Made by a program: the position numbers and the translations under genes | Source: the human T2T-CHM13v2.0 reference genome, Homo sapiens | Length of the DNA stretch: 64,000 nt | NCBI RefSeq assembly: GCF_009914755.1 | Contig: NC_060934.1 | Reading direction: 5' to 3' (one strand) | Part shown: positions 22,543-36,655 of the stretch, one piece after another | Layout of the letters: the number at the start of each line of letters is the position of its first letter | How positions within the stretch are numbered: position 1 is the stretch's first letter | The notes under the pieces: generated by a model | Database searches by the model: none | Told to the model about the DNA's origin: nothing | Seen by the model: the letters and a program-made list of their open reading frames with translations, nothing else

Positions 22543-25500
22543 AAATGGAGAGATTAAGGACCTATTTTCAGCATCCTTAAAGAAAAAAATTCCAACCAAG
22601 AATTTCATATCTTGCCAAACTAAGCTTCATAAACCAAAGAGAAAGAAAATCCTCTTCAGACAAGAAAACACTAAGGGAATTCATTACAACTAGACCTCCC
22701 CTACAAGGGGTCCTTAAGAGAGTGCTAAACATGGAAATAAAAGAACACTACCTGTCAGCACAAAAACATACTTAAGTACAAAACCCATTGACACTATGAG
22801 GCAACTATACAATCAAGTCTATAAAATGACTAGCTAACAATGCAATAACAGGATCAAATTTTTACATATCAATATTGTCCTTGGATGTAAATGGGCTTAT
22901 TACCCCACTTAAAAGGCACAGAATGGCAAATTAGATATAGAAGGAAGACCAAACTGTCTGTCTGTTATCTTCAAGAGAGCCGTCTCACATGTAACAACAC
23001 CCATAGGCTCAAAGTAAGAAGATGGAGAAAGATCTGTCAGGCAAACAGAAAACAAAAAAGAGCAGGGGTTGCTATTACATCAGGTAAAACAGAATTTAAG
23101 CCAACAATAGTTAAAAATGACAAAGAAAGACACTACATAATGATAAAGGTTTTAATTTAATAAGAAGACTTAACTATCCTAAATATATATGCACCCAACT
23201 TTGGTGTACCGAGGTTCATAAAACAAGTATGAAAAGACTTACCCACAGAATAATAGTAGGAGACTTCAACACTCCACTGACAGAGTTTGGCAGATCATTG
23301 AGGGAGAAAACTAACAAAGAAATTCTGGACTTAAACTTGACACTCAACCAATTGGACCTAATAGACATCCACAAAATACCCACCCAACAACAGAATGTAT
23401 TTTCTTCTCATGTGCATATAGCACATATTCTAAGATCGACCACATACTTGGCCATAAAGTAAGTCTCAACAAATCAACAAAAAATCAAAATCCTGCCAAC
23501 TATACTCTCAGACTTCAGTGCAATAAAAATCTAAATCAGTAACAAGAGGACCTCTCAAAACCATACACTTACATGAGAGTTAAACAACCTGCTTCTGAAT
23601 GATTTTCAAATGAAGGACAAAATCAAGGCAGAAATAAAAATAAATTGAAACTAATGAAAATAGAGATACAATATATCAGAATCTTTGAAACACAGCTAAA
23701 ATGGTGTTAAGAGGAAAGTTTATAGCACTAAATGCCTACATTAAAAAGTTGGAAACATCTCAAATTAACAACCTAACATTACACCTGGAGGAACTAGAAG
23801 AACACTGGCAAACTAACCCTGAAGCTAGCAGAATAAAACCAATAACCAAAATCAGAGCTGAATTGCATGCAATTGAGAGGTGAAAATCCATACAAAAGCT
23901 TAACAAAACTAAAAGTTATTTGAAACAACAAGTTTGGTAAACTGCTAGCTATATTATTAATAAAGAAAAAAGAAGATCCAAATAAGCACCATCATAAATG
24001 ACAAAGGTGATACTACAACTGCCCTCATGTAAATATAAAAAAATCTTCAGAGACTATTATGAACATCTGTATGCACACAAACTAGAAAACCTAGAATAAA
24101 TGGATAAATTCCAGGAAACAAAAAACCTCTCAACATTGAACCAGAAAGAAAAACTGAAATTCTGAATAGACCAAAAATGAGTTTCAAAGTTAAATCAATA
24201 ACAAAATACCTACCACCAAAAAAAGAAAAAGTACTGGATGAGTTGGAATCACAGCCAAATTCTACCAGACATATAGATAAGAACTAGTACCAATCCTACT
24301 TAAATCGATCCAAGATATTGAGGAGCAGGGACTGCTCCCTATCTCATGCTACAATATCAGCATCATTTTGATAACAAAGTCTGGCAAAAATATGATGAAA
24401 AAAGACAACATCAGGCCAATATCCTTGATAAACATAGATTCAAAAATCATCAACAAAATACTAGCAAACAAAAATCCAGAAGCACATCAAAAAGTTAATT
24501 CACCATGATCAAGTAGACTTTATTCCTGGGATGCAAGGTTGGTTCAACATACCAAAATCAGTAAGTGTGATTCACCACATAAACAGAATCAAAAATAAAA
24601 ACCACATGATCATCCCAATAGACACAGAAAAGACTTTTGATAAAATCCAACACTGCTTCATATTACAAATACTCAAAAAATTAGGCATCACATAAAAGGG
24701 ACATATGTCAAAATAATAAATTTCATCTATGGCAAAATCAGACTCAACAGCATAGTGAATAGGCAAAAGCAGGAAACACACTCCTTGCAAACTGGAACAA
24801 GATAAGGATGTCTACTTTCACCTCTCCTATTCAACATAGTACTGGAAGTCCTGGCTACAGCAACCAGGCAAGAGAAAGAAATAAAAGGCATCCAAATAGG
24901 AATAAAGGAAGTCAAACTATCTCTCCTCACAGATGATATGATTCTATACCTACCAAACCCTATAGCCTTCATCAAAAGGCTCCTAGAACTGATAAATGAC
25001 TTCAGTAAAGGTTCAAGATACAAAATCAATGTACAAAAAGTGGTAGCATTTGTATACAACAATAATGTACAAGTTGAGAGCCAAATCAAAAACACAATCC
25101 CATTTACAATAGCCACAAAAAGAATAAAATACCTAGGAATACAGCTAACTAAGGAGGTGAAAGATCTCTACAACAAGAGTTTCAAAACACTGACAGAAAT
25201 TAGAGACTATAGAAACAAATGGAAAAACATTCCATGCTCATGGATAGGAAGAATAAATATTGTTAAAATGGCTATACTGCCCAAAGTAATTTACAGATTC
25301 AACACTATTCCTATCAAACTACCAGTCTCATTTTTCACAGAATTAGGAAAAAAAACTATTCTAAAATGCATGTGGAACAACAGAAAAAGAGCCCAAATAG
25401 CCAAAGCAATTATAAGCAAAAAGAATAAAGCCAGAAGCATCACACTATCTGAATTTGAACTATACTACAAGGCTACAGTAACAAAAGGAGCATGGTAATT

Positions 25501-26858
25501 GTACAAAAACAGACACTTAGACCAATAGAATAGGTTAGAGAACTCATAAATAGAGCCACATTCTACAACCATCTGATATTTGACAAAGTTGACAAAAGCA
25601 AGCAATGGGAAAGGACTCCTTATTCAATAAATGGTGCTGGAATAACGGCTAGCCATATACAGAAGATTGAAATTGGGCCCCTTCATTTCACCATATACAA
25701 AAATTAACTCAAGATGGATTAAAGACTTAAATGTAAGACCTAAAACTATAAAATCCCTAGAAGAAAATCTAGGAAATAGTATTCTGGACATTGGCCTCTG
25801 TAAAAAATTTATGACTAAGTCTTCAAAAGCACGTGTAACAAAAACAAAAATTGACAAGTGGGACTATATTAAACTAAAGAGCTTCTATACAGAAAAAGAA
25901 ACTATCAACAGAGCAAACAGACAACCTACAGAATGAGAGAAAATATTTTCAAGCTATTCATCTGACAAAGACCTAACATCCAGAATCTGTAAGGAAGGTA
26001 AACAATTCAACAAGCAAAAAACAAACAACCCCATTTAAAAATAGGCAAGGGATGTGAACAGACACTTCTCAAAAGAAGATGTATATGTGCTCAACAAATA
26101 TATGAAAAAATGCTCAGCATCAGTAATCATTAGAGAAATGCAAATCAAAACCACAATGAGATACCATCTCACACCTGTTAGAATGGCTATTACTCAAAAG
26201 TAAAAAAATAGCTGATGTTGGCAATTTGCTGAGAAAAAGAAACACTTAGACACTGCTAGTGTGAATATAAATTATTTGAGGCATCATGAAAAGCAGCATA
26301 AATATTTCTCAAAGAACTTAAAACAGGACTACTATTTGACCCAACAGTCCCATTACTGGGTATATACCCAAAGGAAAATAAGTTGTTCTGCAAAAAAGAC
26401 ACATGCATATGCATGTTTATTGCAACAGTATTCACTATAGTAAAGACATGGCATCAACCTAGATACCTACCAACAGTGGACAGTATAAAGAAAACATAGT
26501 ACATACATATAATGGAATACCATGCAGTCATAAAAAAAGAATAAACTAGTGTTCTTTGCAGTAGCACAGATGCATTTGGAGGCCATTAGCCTAAACAAAT
26601 TAATGAAGGAAGAGAATACCAAACACCACATGGAAGCTAAACACTGAGTGAACATGAACATAAAGTAGCCATAATAAACACTGGGCACTCCTAGATGGGG
26701 GAGGGTGGAAGGAAGGTGTGGGTTGAAAAACTATCAGGTACTATGATTACTACCTGGATGACTGGATTATCCATACAGCAAACTTCAGCCACGTGCAATT
26801 TACCCATGTAACAAACATGCACGTGAACCCCCGAACCTAAAATAAAAGACTTCCTACA
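22543..26858 (+). mobile_element. 5'-truncated L1 (L1PA15-17/L1PB class), ORF1 end to 3' UTR, ORF2 disrupted
   Basis: ORF2 start mutated to ATA (22845, ATAACAGGATCAAAT); EN fragments (IIVGDFNTPL), RT region (acagatgatatgattcta, ORF 24938-25498); 3' end gaacctaaaataaaag; many stops and frameshifts. Confidence 0.92.
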
Positions 26859-27715
26859 AAAAGAAGAATAAGATAACAAGACCTAGAATCAAACTAGTCC
26901 CAGAAGTAGAGATTAGGATGCACAAAGAAAAAAAATCAAGATATATTGGCTAACAATTTTTTAAAGCTTATCAAAACAATAAATTCACATGTATAGGAAC
27001 ATATATATATATTCTACTAAATGGCAAGATGTTCACACAACAACAGCAATAATATGTAATGTAATAATAATACTGTATCACCTCAAAACAAAAGATCTTA
27101 AAAACAGCAAGAGAGAATAACAGATACTTAAAAATTATAATAAGACAAAGGCAATAGCAGCAATTGAAGCCAAAAGATGACTACTAATATATCTATAATA
27201 CTAATATATGCTAATGCATAAATATATGCATATATATAATGCTAATATATATATATATAAAATACTGAGTTGCATATCCAGCAAAACCATCTTACCAAAA
27301 TAAGAATAAAGGAGAGAGATTCTCAAACTATTTTCATCAACAAATATTCACTGGAAGAATTTCTAAAATATGAAATATGAAGAATTTCTAAAATATGTAG
27401 ATACATATATAAATTAGTAAATATATACATACTTCTAAACAAACAACATTCTTATAAAATACTCATGATAGTAATAATATTACTCATGATAGTAATAATA
27501 TTAATAGCAAATTTATGGATTTCTAAAAAGTAAACCAAATAAAATGGTGGAAAATTAGCATGTAAATTATAAGAGGGAGGGTAAGGATAAAAGTATTTTC
27601 AACTACATATGTTATTTGGAAAGTGGGTTAAGATATGTATTAATTTTAATGTTAAGTCTAATTTAAAGGATTACCATAATAATTAAAATAGTGTTTAAAA
27701 TGTAATTAACTAATT

Positions 27716-27842
27716 AATTTCTTGTAGAGACAGGGTCTCACTAGGTTGCCAGGGCGGGTCTTGAACTCCTGGGCTCAAACATTCCTCCTGCCTTGGCCTT
27801 CCATAGTGTTGAGATTACAGGCGTGAGCCACCACACCTGGCT
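27716..27842 (-). mobile_element. Free left Alu monomer (FLAM_C-like)
   Basis: gtagagacagggtctcactaggttgcc...gaactcctgggctcaa...gattacaggcgtgagccaccacacctggc; single arm only. Confidence 0.88.
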
Positions 27843-28129
27843 GAAAATAATCATTTTAAAAGCAGGAAAGAAGACTAGGTAAACATAAAGACAGCATGGG
27901 AAATAGAAAACACAAGTGAAGAGATTAAAGTAGTTCCAGATATATCAATAATTCCAATAAATATGAACAGGTGAAACTCAGTACTAAGTAAAAAAGATCA
28001 CACTGACATTTAAAAATAGGCAAGTCTAGCCATAGGCTATTACAAAGAAATAAACATGAAATACACATGAAACACTAAGACCCAGAAAAATTAAAGACAA
28101 AAAGTTGGAAAAATATTTCAAAATTTGTA

Positions 28130-28242
28130 AAATGTTGATAATTTGATAATTTTTGAAGCTGGGTAATTGGTTTATAGCAACTGATTATAATATTCTGTTT
28201 ACTATTGTGTATATTAACATTTTCTATAATAAAAAAGTTTTT
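28130..28242 (+). mobile_element. L1ME/MD extreme 3'-end fragment
   Basis: aatgttgataatt...ttgaagctgggtaattgg...tttctataataaaaaag. Confidence 0.6.
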
Positions 28243-28560
28243 GGCCAGGCATGGTGGTTCACTCCTGTACTCCCAGCACTTTTGGAGGCCAAGGCTGGAG
28301 GATCACTTGATCTCAGAATTTTGAAACCAGTCTTGGCAACATAGCAAGACCCTGTCTTTCCAAAAATTGTTGAAAGTTAGCCAGGCATGGTGGCATGTTC
28401 CTGTAGTCCCAGCTACTTCAGAGGCTGAGGTCAGAGGATCACAAAAGCCCAGGAGCTCAGGATTACAATAAGCTGTGATTTGTGCCACTGCACTTCAGCA
28501 TGGGCAAGAGAGCAAGACTCTGTCTCTAAAAAATAAAAAATAAATAAAAATTAAAATTTT
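28243..28560 (+). mobile_element. AluJ
   Basis: Full dimer, J diagnostics (gaggatcacttga, gcaacatagcaagaccctgtc), A-rich tail. Confidence 0.92.
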
Positions 28561-29343
28561 TAAAAATTTGCTTAGAATATTATGAAACATTATTCAAAGA
28601 AAACTGAGATAGTTATTTTATTGTTATACAAAATTGATTGTAGTACCAAATATTGTATTAAAGGTAAAAAGGGCTTCTATATAATTTTTTAAAATATCAT
28701 TTACCAGGAAGATTTTACAACTCTAAAATATAAAGCCTCAAATATATATAAAGAAAATATCAATAGGGTGAAATACACAAATCTACTATCACATTAGAAA
28801 GTTCATATACATGTCTCTCAATTGCTGCTAGAAACAGCAAAAACAAAAACTTGGTAAAAATAAAGAAGAATTGAAAAGCATTATCAACAAGCTATTTTAA
28901 TGGACATAGGCACAACCCTACATTCAACAATTAGAGAATACCCATTCATCTTAAGTTCACAGAGGACAATTACAGAAACTAATCACATAGGCCACAAATC
29001 AGATACCCACAAATTTTCAGGAATGATAATATGCATATAATGTTTTCTGAGTGTAATAAAATTATGGTAGAAATTAATACCAAAAATTATTAAAGATTCA
29101 TATTTCTGGAAATTAAAAATACATATGTCTAATTATTGGATGGGGCAAAGAGGAAATTATAATAGAAATTTAAATATACTTAAAACTGAGGATTATCTCA
29201 AAAGTTGTGGGATATAGCAGAAATAGAACTTTAAGGGAAATGTATAGCCATAAATGCTTAAAGGAAGAAATGTGTATAATTGGTGTTATAAGCATTCTGG
29301 TTAAGATTTAGAAAACTACAGTTGTAATCATTCAACTCAAGAA

Positions 29344-29990
29344 TGTTGGTGGGACTGTAAACTAGTTCAACCATTGTGGAAGTCAGTGTGGCGATTCCTC
29401 AGGGATCTAGAACTAGAAATACCATTTGACCCAGCCATCCCATTACTGGGTATATACCCAAAGGACTATAAATCATGCTGCTTTAAAGACACATGCACAT
29501 GTATGTTTATTGCGGCATTATTCACAATAGCAAAGACTTGGAACCAACCCAAATGTCCAACAATGATAGACTGGATTAAGAAAATGTGGCACATATACAC
29601 CATGGAATACTATGCAGCCATAAAAAATGATGAGTTCATGTCCTTTGTAGGGACATGGATGAAATTGGAAATCATCATTCTCAGTAAACTATCGCAAGAA
29701 CAAAAAACCAAACACCGCATATTCTCACTCATAGGTGGGAATTGAACAATGAGATCACATGGACACAGGAAGGGGAACATCACACTCTGGGGACTGTTGT
29801 GGGGTGGGGGGAGTGGGGAGGGAGAGCATTGGGAGACATACCTAATGCTAGATGACGAGTTAGTGGGTGCAGCACACCAGCATGGCACATGTATACATAT
29901 GTAACTAACCTGCACATTGTGCACATGTACCCTAAAACTTAAAGTATAATAATAATAAATAAATAAAATAATAATAATAATAATAATAAA
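29344..29990 (+). mobile_element. Young 5'-truncated L1, L1PA2-like
   Basis: Uninterrupted ORF2 C-terminus ending ...KTKHRIFSLIGGN* (29745); 3' UTR gagatcacatggacac, gatgacGAGttagtggg (not the Ta ACA allele); (AAT)n tail. Confidence 0.93.
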
Positions 29991-32097
29991 ACTCCGGTCT
30001 CCTGCAAAAAAAAAAAAAAGATAAAATAAGCTCAAAGATAGTAGATGTAGGGCAATAAAGATAAGAGTAAAAATCTATGAAGTTGAAAAAATACATGATA
30101 CAAGATGAATAAAGCCAAAAGTTGGTGCTTTGAAAAGAGTAATAAAATAATCAAACTTCTGATGATTAGAACAAAAAGGAGACCTAATTATTGATTCAGC
30201 ATGTGATAAAAACCTGACTACTGTGAACAAGCATATGTCAATTTGAAAACTTAGATGAAACAGATAAATTGTTTGAAAATATAACATACCAAAATTGACT
30301 TAAAAACAAAGACAATACTCTTATAGCAATTAAGATAGTTAATCAATCACCAAAAGAAGGTAAGACCCAAATAAGTATTACTAAATTTTCAAAAAATAGT
30401 TTTTTTGCAACATACAACACCTTCTTGAGAATAGAAAAGGATGTCAATATAAACTTGGAGTAAACCCAGATAAGGAAAATGTAAGAAAGATAACGGATAG
30501 GCAATTTTTAAAAATTCTAAACAAAACTCTAATTTGAAGCCAGCAGTTTATAAAAAAAGATATACATCATGATAAATTTTGGCTTATGGAAAGATGAAAT
30601 AGAAGGATTGTTTAAAACCCAAGTACCTATAAATGTAATGCCAAACATTAAGAAGATTAAATATACAATTAGAAAAAGTTATTCCAATAGTTAACAGAAA
30701 AATAATTTGATAAAATTCAACAACTATTAACATAAAGGAAATAAAAACATGACAAAATGAACAAACAAAAAAATCTTACTAATAGCAGTGTCCCTCCTTA
30801 ACTTTACAAAAGGTATTCAACAAAAAGCTACAGCAAATATAGCACATAATAGTAAAGTTAGTATTATTCCCTTATATGTCAAGGGGGAAAGGGGAGTTCC
30901 ACTATCATCACTTTTATTAAACATTGTAATGGAGATTCTAGCTGGTGCAACAGGAAAAGGCTAAGAAGTAAAAGGTATAAGGATGGCATGAAAGAAAACA
31001 TAGACACAGATGATATAATTACCTACACTGAAAACTCAAGAGAATCTAAATATAAATTATAAAAATTAATGTGAGCTTTCCAAGGTGGCTGGATATAATA
31101 TCAATAAACAAAAGCCAATTGCATCTCATGATATCAATAATAAATATTTAGAAGATGTAATTTAAATTAAAAGATACTCTTTATAATAACAGAAAATACT
31201 TAGGAATAAATTTAACAAATATGCAATTCCTTCATGGAGAACTGTCAATACATGTACTGAAGTTGTTAAAGACATTTAAATAAATTAAGAGCATTCCTCA
31301 ATAACAAGTTGAAAGACTTAAAATCTTAAAGACACCAGTTCTCCTAAAATTGAATTGTAAATTCAATGCAATTCCAACTGAGTTTTTAATGAAATTTGAT
31401 AAACTGATTTTAAAACGTATATATGAAAGAGCAAATGTCCCTAGTTAGCCAAGACATTCTTACAGAAGATGAATAGGATGAGGAAACATTCCCTACTAGA
31501 TATCAAGACTTAATTTAAAACCAAATAGTTAAGATAATATTCCTATTTTGCAGAAAAAGTTAATTTGGAGCCAAATAAAAGTTCCAGACAGAATCCCATA
31601 CATCTATAAACACCTTATATGTGCCAGAGAAGGGCATGTCACATCATTGGAGTAAGTAAATGATGGGGCAGGTGGCTCTACTTATTAAATAAGTAAGTAA
31701 ATAAATAAATTAAATTAAATACCTACTACATACCACACACTTAATCAATTCCAGATGGAGTAAGTAGTTAAATGTAAACATTAAACAATTGAAATAAGGA
31801 AGTATATATAAGAGAATACCTTGATTAAACTGAGCTAGCAAATTATAGCTTAAAACTCAAAAGTTGCCAATTAAAAGAGCTAAATTCAAGTACATTAAAA
31901 TAAGTATTTGTATTCCTCCAAGGACACCATAAAGAAAATGAAAGACAAGCCATATTGTGTGAAAAGTATTTGTGTTGCATGCCACCAATAAAAATTAGCC
32001 ACTGAAAAATGTAATGAACTTCTCCAAAATAAGAAATGTATATGATTTTTTAAAAGATATAAAAGAAACCCTACATATTAGCCTTTACATAAACACA

Positions 32098-33949
32098 GAG
32101 AAACTTGTTAGAACTAATAGACAAATTCAGCAAAGTTGCAGAATATAAAATCAACATGCAACAATCACTTGCATTTTTATTCACTAACAATTCAAAAAGA
32201 AAATGATTCCATTTACAATAACATCAAAAAGAATGAATGCTTCAGAATAAACTTAACTAAGGAAGCAAAAGACTTGTACACTGAAAACTTCAACACCTTG
32301 ATGAAAGAAATTAAAGAAGATGCAAACAAATGGAAAGTTATCCTGTGTTCATGGATTAAACGGCTGAGTATTTTAAGATGTAAATACTATCCGTGATACA
32401 TATTACCCATTAAGTCCATATTTTAATGGTAAGTATTCCCATTAAATCTACAGATTTAACGCAATCTCTATCAAAACTCCAGTGGCAGTTTTCGGAGAAA
32501 CAAAAACATTCATCTTAAAATTCATACAGAATCTCAAGGGATCCCAAATAGCGAAAGTGATCCTGAAAAAGGACAAAGTTGGAGTTCTCACATTTCCTAA
32601 TTTCAAAACTTGTTACAAAGCTACAGTAATCAAAACAGCATAATACTGGCATAGTGGAAATGTGTAGACCAATTAAATAGAATAGACAAGTCAGGAATAA
32701 ATCTTCACTTAAAGGGTCAAATGGTTTTCCACAAGGATCCCAATGCCAGTAAATGGAGAAAGAATAATCTCTTCAACAAATGTTGTGACAACTGGATATC
32801 CACATGTAAAAGAATGAATTTGTACCATTACCTTATACCATAAACAAAATTAATTCAAAACATATCAAAGAAAGACCAAAACATAAGACCTAAACTTATG
32901 CAACTCCGAGAAGAAAACATGGAAGAAAACTTCATGACATTGAATGATTTCCTGACAATGACACCAAAAGAATAGGCAACAAAAGTAAAAATAGATAAAC
33001 TTGACTGCATCAAAATTAAAACTTTCTGCATGTCAAAAGACACAATTAAATGAAAAGGCAACTCACGGAATGGAATATTTCAAATCATGCATCTAATAAG
33101 GGGTTAATATTCAGCATATATAAGCAACAACAAATAACCTGATAAAAAAATGGACAAAGAAGTTGAATAGACATTTCTCTAAAGAATATATGCAGGTGGC
33201 TAACAGACATATGAGAAGATACTCAACATCACTAATCATTAGTAAATCAAAGCCACAATGAGATATCAACTCACACCCACTAGAATGGACACTATCAAAA
33301 AACAAAAATAACAAGTGTTAGTGAGGATGCGGCACAATTGGAATCCTTGCGCCCTGTGGGAGGGAATACAAAATGGTGTAGCTACTGCAGAAAACAGTAT
33401 GGTGATTCCACAAAAAATTACAAGTGGAATTATCATATGATCCAGCACTTCCACTTTTGGCTGTATCTGCAAAGAATTAAAAGTAGAGTCTTGAAGAGAT
33501 ATTTGCTATTTGCACACCCATGTTTTAACAATAGTCAAAACGAGGAGGCAACCCCATTGTCCGTCAATGAATTAACGGACAAACAATATATATAAAATGG
33601 CTTATTCAACATTAAAAAGGAAGGAAATTCTGACACATGCTGTAACATGGATGAACCATGAGAACATTATGTTAAATGAAGTCAGTCACTAAGACAAATA
33701 CTGTAAAATTCCACTTATATGATGTACCTAGAGCAGCCAATTTCATAGAAACCATAGAATGATGTCTCTCAGAGGCTGGAAGGGAAGAACGATGCAGAGT
33801 CATTATTTAATGGGTATGGAGTTTCAGTTTTGCAAGAAGAAAATGTTCTGGAGATTCGTTGCGCAACAATGTGAATATACTTAATACTACTGTACTACAT
33901 GGTTAAGATGGTAAATTTTATGCTACGTATATTTTACCACAATTTTAAA
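32098..33949 (+). mobile_element. L1MB-type LINE-1 (3' ~1.85 kb) nested in the older L1M
   Basis: ORF2 remnants (LTKEAKDLYTENFNTLMKEIKED); 3' UTR gagtttcagttttgcaag...ggttaagatggtaaattttatg...ttttaccacaatttt. Confidence 0.85.
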
Positions 33950-35212
33950 CAATGGTGCAAGGACTTGAAAAGGAATTTCACAGAAATATTATCATAATGG
34001 CAAATAAAAATATGAAAAAATTATCAAAACAAGGTTATGCAAATTACTGCCACAATAAGAAGTTATTTTATACCCACTAGGTTGCAAAAATTAAGTTTGA
34101 CAGTACTATACGGTGACAGCACTGTGGAATACTGGAAACTCTGACACATGACCACTGATAGAATGTGCAGGCCTCTCAGCAAATGCATTTTTCAGGGACT
34201 CTGTCCATATAAACAATTAGAGTCATCCCACAAAGCTTGTCAGCACTATTCTGGCAGTTCTATAACATGAAATCCTGCAAAAGCGATATTACATCAGCCA
34301 GTAAGAGCAACATGTTAGCCCAATCTCTGGAACAGGTACCCCACGTTGGGGCTCCAGGACAACTCCATAAGTGAGAGTGTGGGAGCTCCGCAGGACATTT
34401 GCTAAACTTGTGTGTGTCGTGAGGGGTAAGGGAGTTGGGAAGGGATTAGAGGATCAGAGAGTAACCCAAAGAGGAGAAATAAGGTCTAGAATGCCCTGTC
34501 CAGACAGTACTCCTAGTTCCAGCCCATCTTAGGCTTAAATAGAGGCCTGGGCAGAGACCTCTTTCCGGGTGTAACGACAATACTGTTCTTATGTAATGCT
34601 GGCAGAGAATGCATCAACATAACCACCTCATAAAACAACTTGCCTTTATTAATCACTTTGTAAAACAATTTGCCTTTTTCTTATAAATTTAAACATTCAC
34701 GTTACTGCTTATGACCCAGCATTTCTACTCCTAGATGTAAATGTTAGAGAATCTCTTGCCTATTTGTCTTAGGAGTCATTTATAAGACTATTCATTCTAG
34801 CATTATTCACAATAGATAAAAATGCAAAACAGCTAAATGTCCGTCAACAAATAGTACAGATAAATAAATGTTAGGATATTACACCATGGAACAGTAACAG
34901 TTCCATGATCTACAGTTATGCACAACAGCATGGATAAATTCTGGACATATAATAATAATTGGAAAAAACAAGTTATAGAAGACTACTTAGAGTATGATTC
35001 AATTACTATAAAATTAGAAAAAGCAAAATTAAATAATGTATTTAATATATACATATACACATACATACATATAGTATGGTGCAAATATATATGTATATAT
35101 GTGGCAGTTGAGAGAAACAAGGAGAGGTTTACAATACAACATTATTGGTAATGTTCTCCTTTTTAAGTTAATTGGGGTTCGCAGATATTTATCTTACTAT
35201 TAAACTTCATAA

Positions 35213-35656
<444 letters not shown>

Positions 35657-36334
35657 AGGACATTCTTTCTATTGCACATTTATTAACATGCAGAAATAGT
35701 GCCCTTGGAATGCTTTAAGTGCCTGATTTGGGAGTAAGCTGAGCTTTATTAATGTGGTTTCCCAAGAGTATGGGCCAGGGTGATATGTAGCTCTCTGTCT
35801 TTTCATTTCAAAAGTAGTGCCACCCAGGAGGGGACCATATTCAATCTCTCACCTCTCCTAAAATGGGAAAGAACAATATTTGAGACTCTGACAAGTAATA
35901 ATCCATCTCTGATTGTTCTTAATAGTTAATTCCTTCGCTTTACTTTCCTGGTGAGTGTATATTATTTTTTATTCAGAGAAACATTAGTTCCCTCTGAAAC
36001 AATAAGCACTGTTAGTGGCTGTCTGCCTGAATATAATCCATTATGTTCTTGCTCGCAGTCTATCTCTCCTCTCAGAGCCTAAACTGTGAGTGAGAAATTA
36101 TGTGTAAATTGTCCTCTATGCCTTCATGGTGAGCAGTGTGGGAGTTTGAAGATCCAGTGATGTCAACCTAGTGCTAGATAAGGAGCTGTTTTGGCCCTTT
36201 GATCATAAATGAAACTTAAGAATCTAGTTATGCACAATCATAATTTCCCCCACATGCAGGAAGATGGCCTCCAGAGAATGTGGATCTCGGCTGAACAGAC
36301 TTTGAAATCTGGTTCTTGGCTGTGTAACCAATGC

Positions 36335-36465
36335 TTACTCATTCCCAATTCAAGTCAATAAATATTTACTGAGATTTATTGAGTGTTGGTTACAATTCTT
36401 GGACTGTATGGATGAAGACAAAAAAAAAGATAAATTTGAAAGTATCCTCTAGCTTCAAGGAGGTC
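36335..36465 (-). mobile_element. L2 3' fragment
   Basis: caataaatatttactgagatttattgagtg...cctctagcttcaaggagg. Confidence 0.55.
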
Positions 36466-36489
36466 GAAAGAAAGACAGTGTTGACAAGT

Positions 36490-36655
36490 AAAGAGGCCCA
36501 GGATCCCATGTCAGCTCTGTTGTTGACTTGCTGGGTGGGCCTAGGCAAATCACTTTATCTGTCTGGGGCTCTGTTTTCTCTTTCACAAATTAAAGTGTTG
36601 GGGATGAATTGTTTTCAAAATTCCTTCCAAAGTAAAAAAAAAAAAAAAAAAAAAA
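36490..36655 (+). mobile_element. MIR3/MIRc fragment followed by poly(A)22 (36634-36655)
   Basis: gacttgctgggtgggcctaggcaaatcactttatctgtctggggctctgttttc...aaaattccttcc. Confidence 0.6.

Noticed and set aside
22845-26640. Functional L1 ORF2 / reverse transcriptase
   Set aside because: Start codon lost, many stops and frameshifts, 5' UTR and most of ORF1 missing.
29374-29745. L1HS-Ta active element or expressed 123-aa protein
   Set aside because: Only ~650 bp of the 3' end, non-ATG start, and GAG rather than ACA at the Ta diagnostic site.
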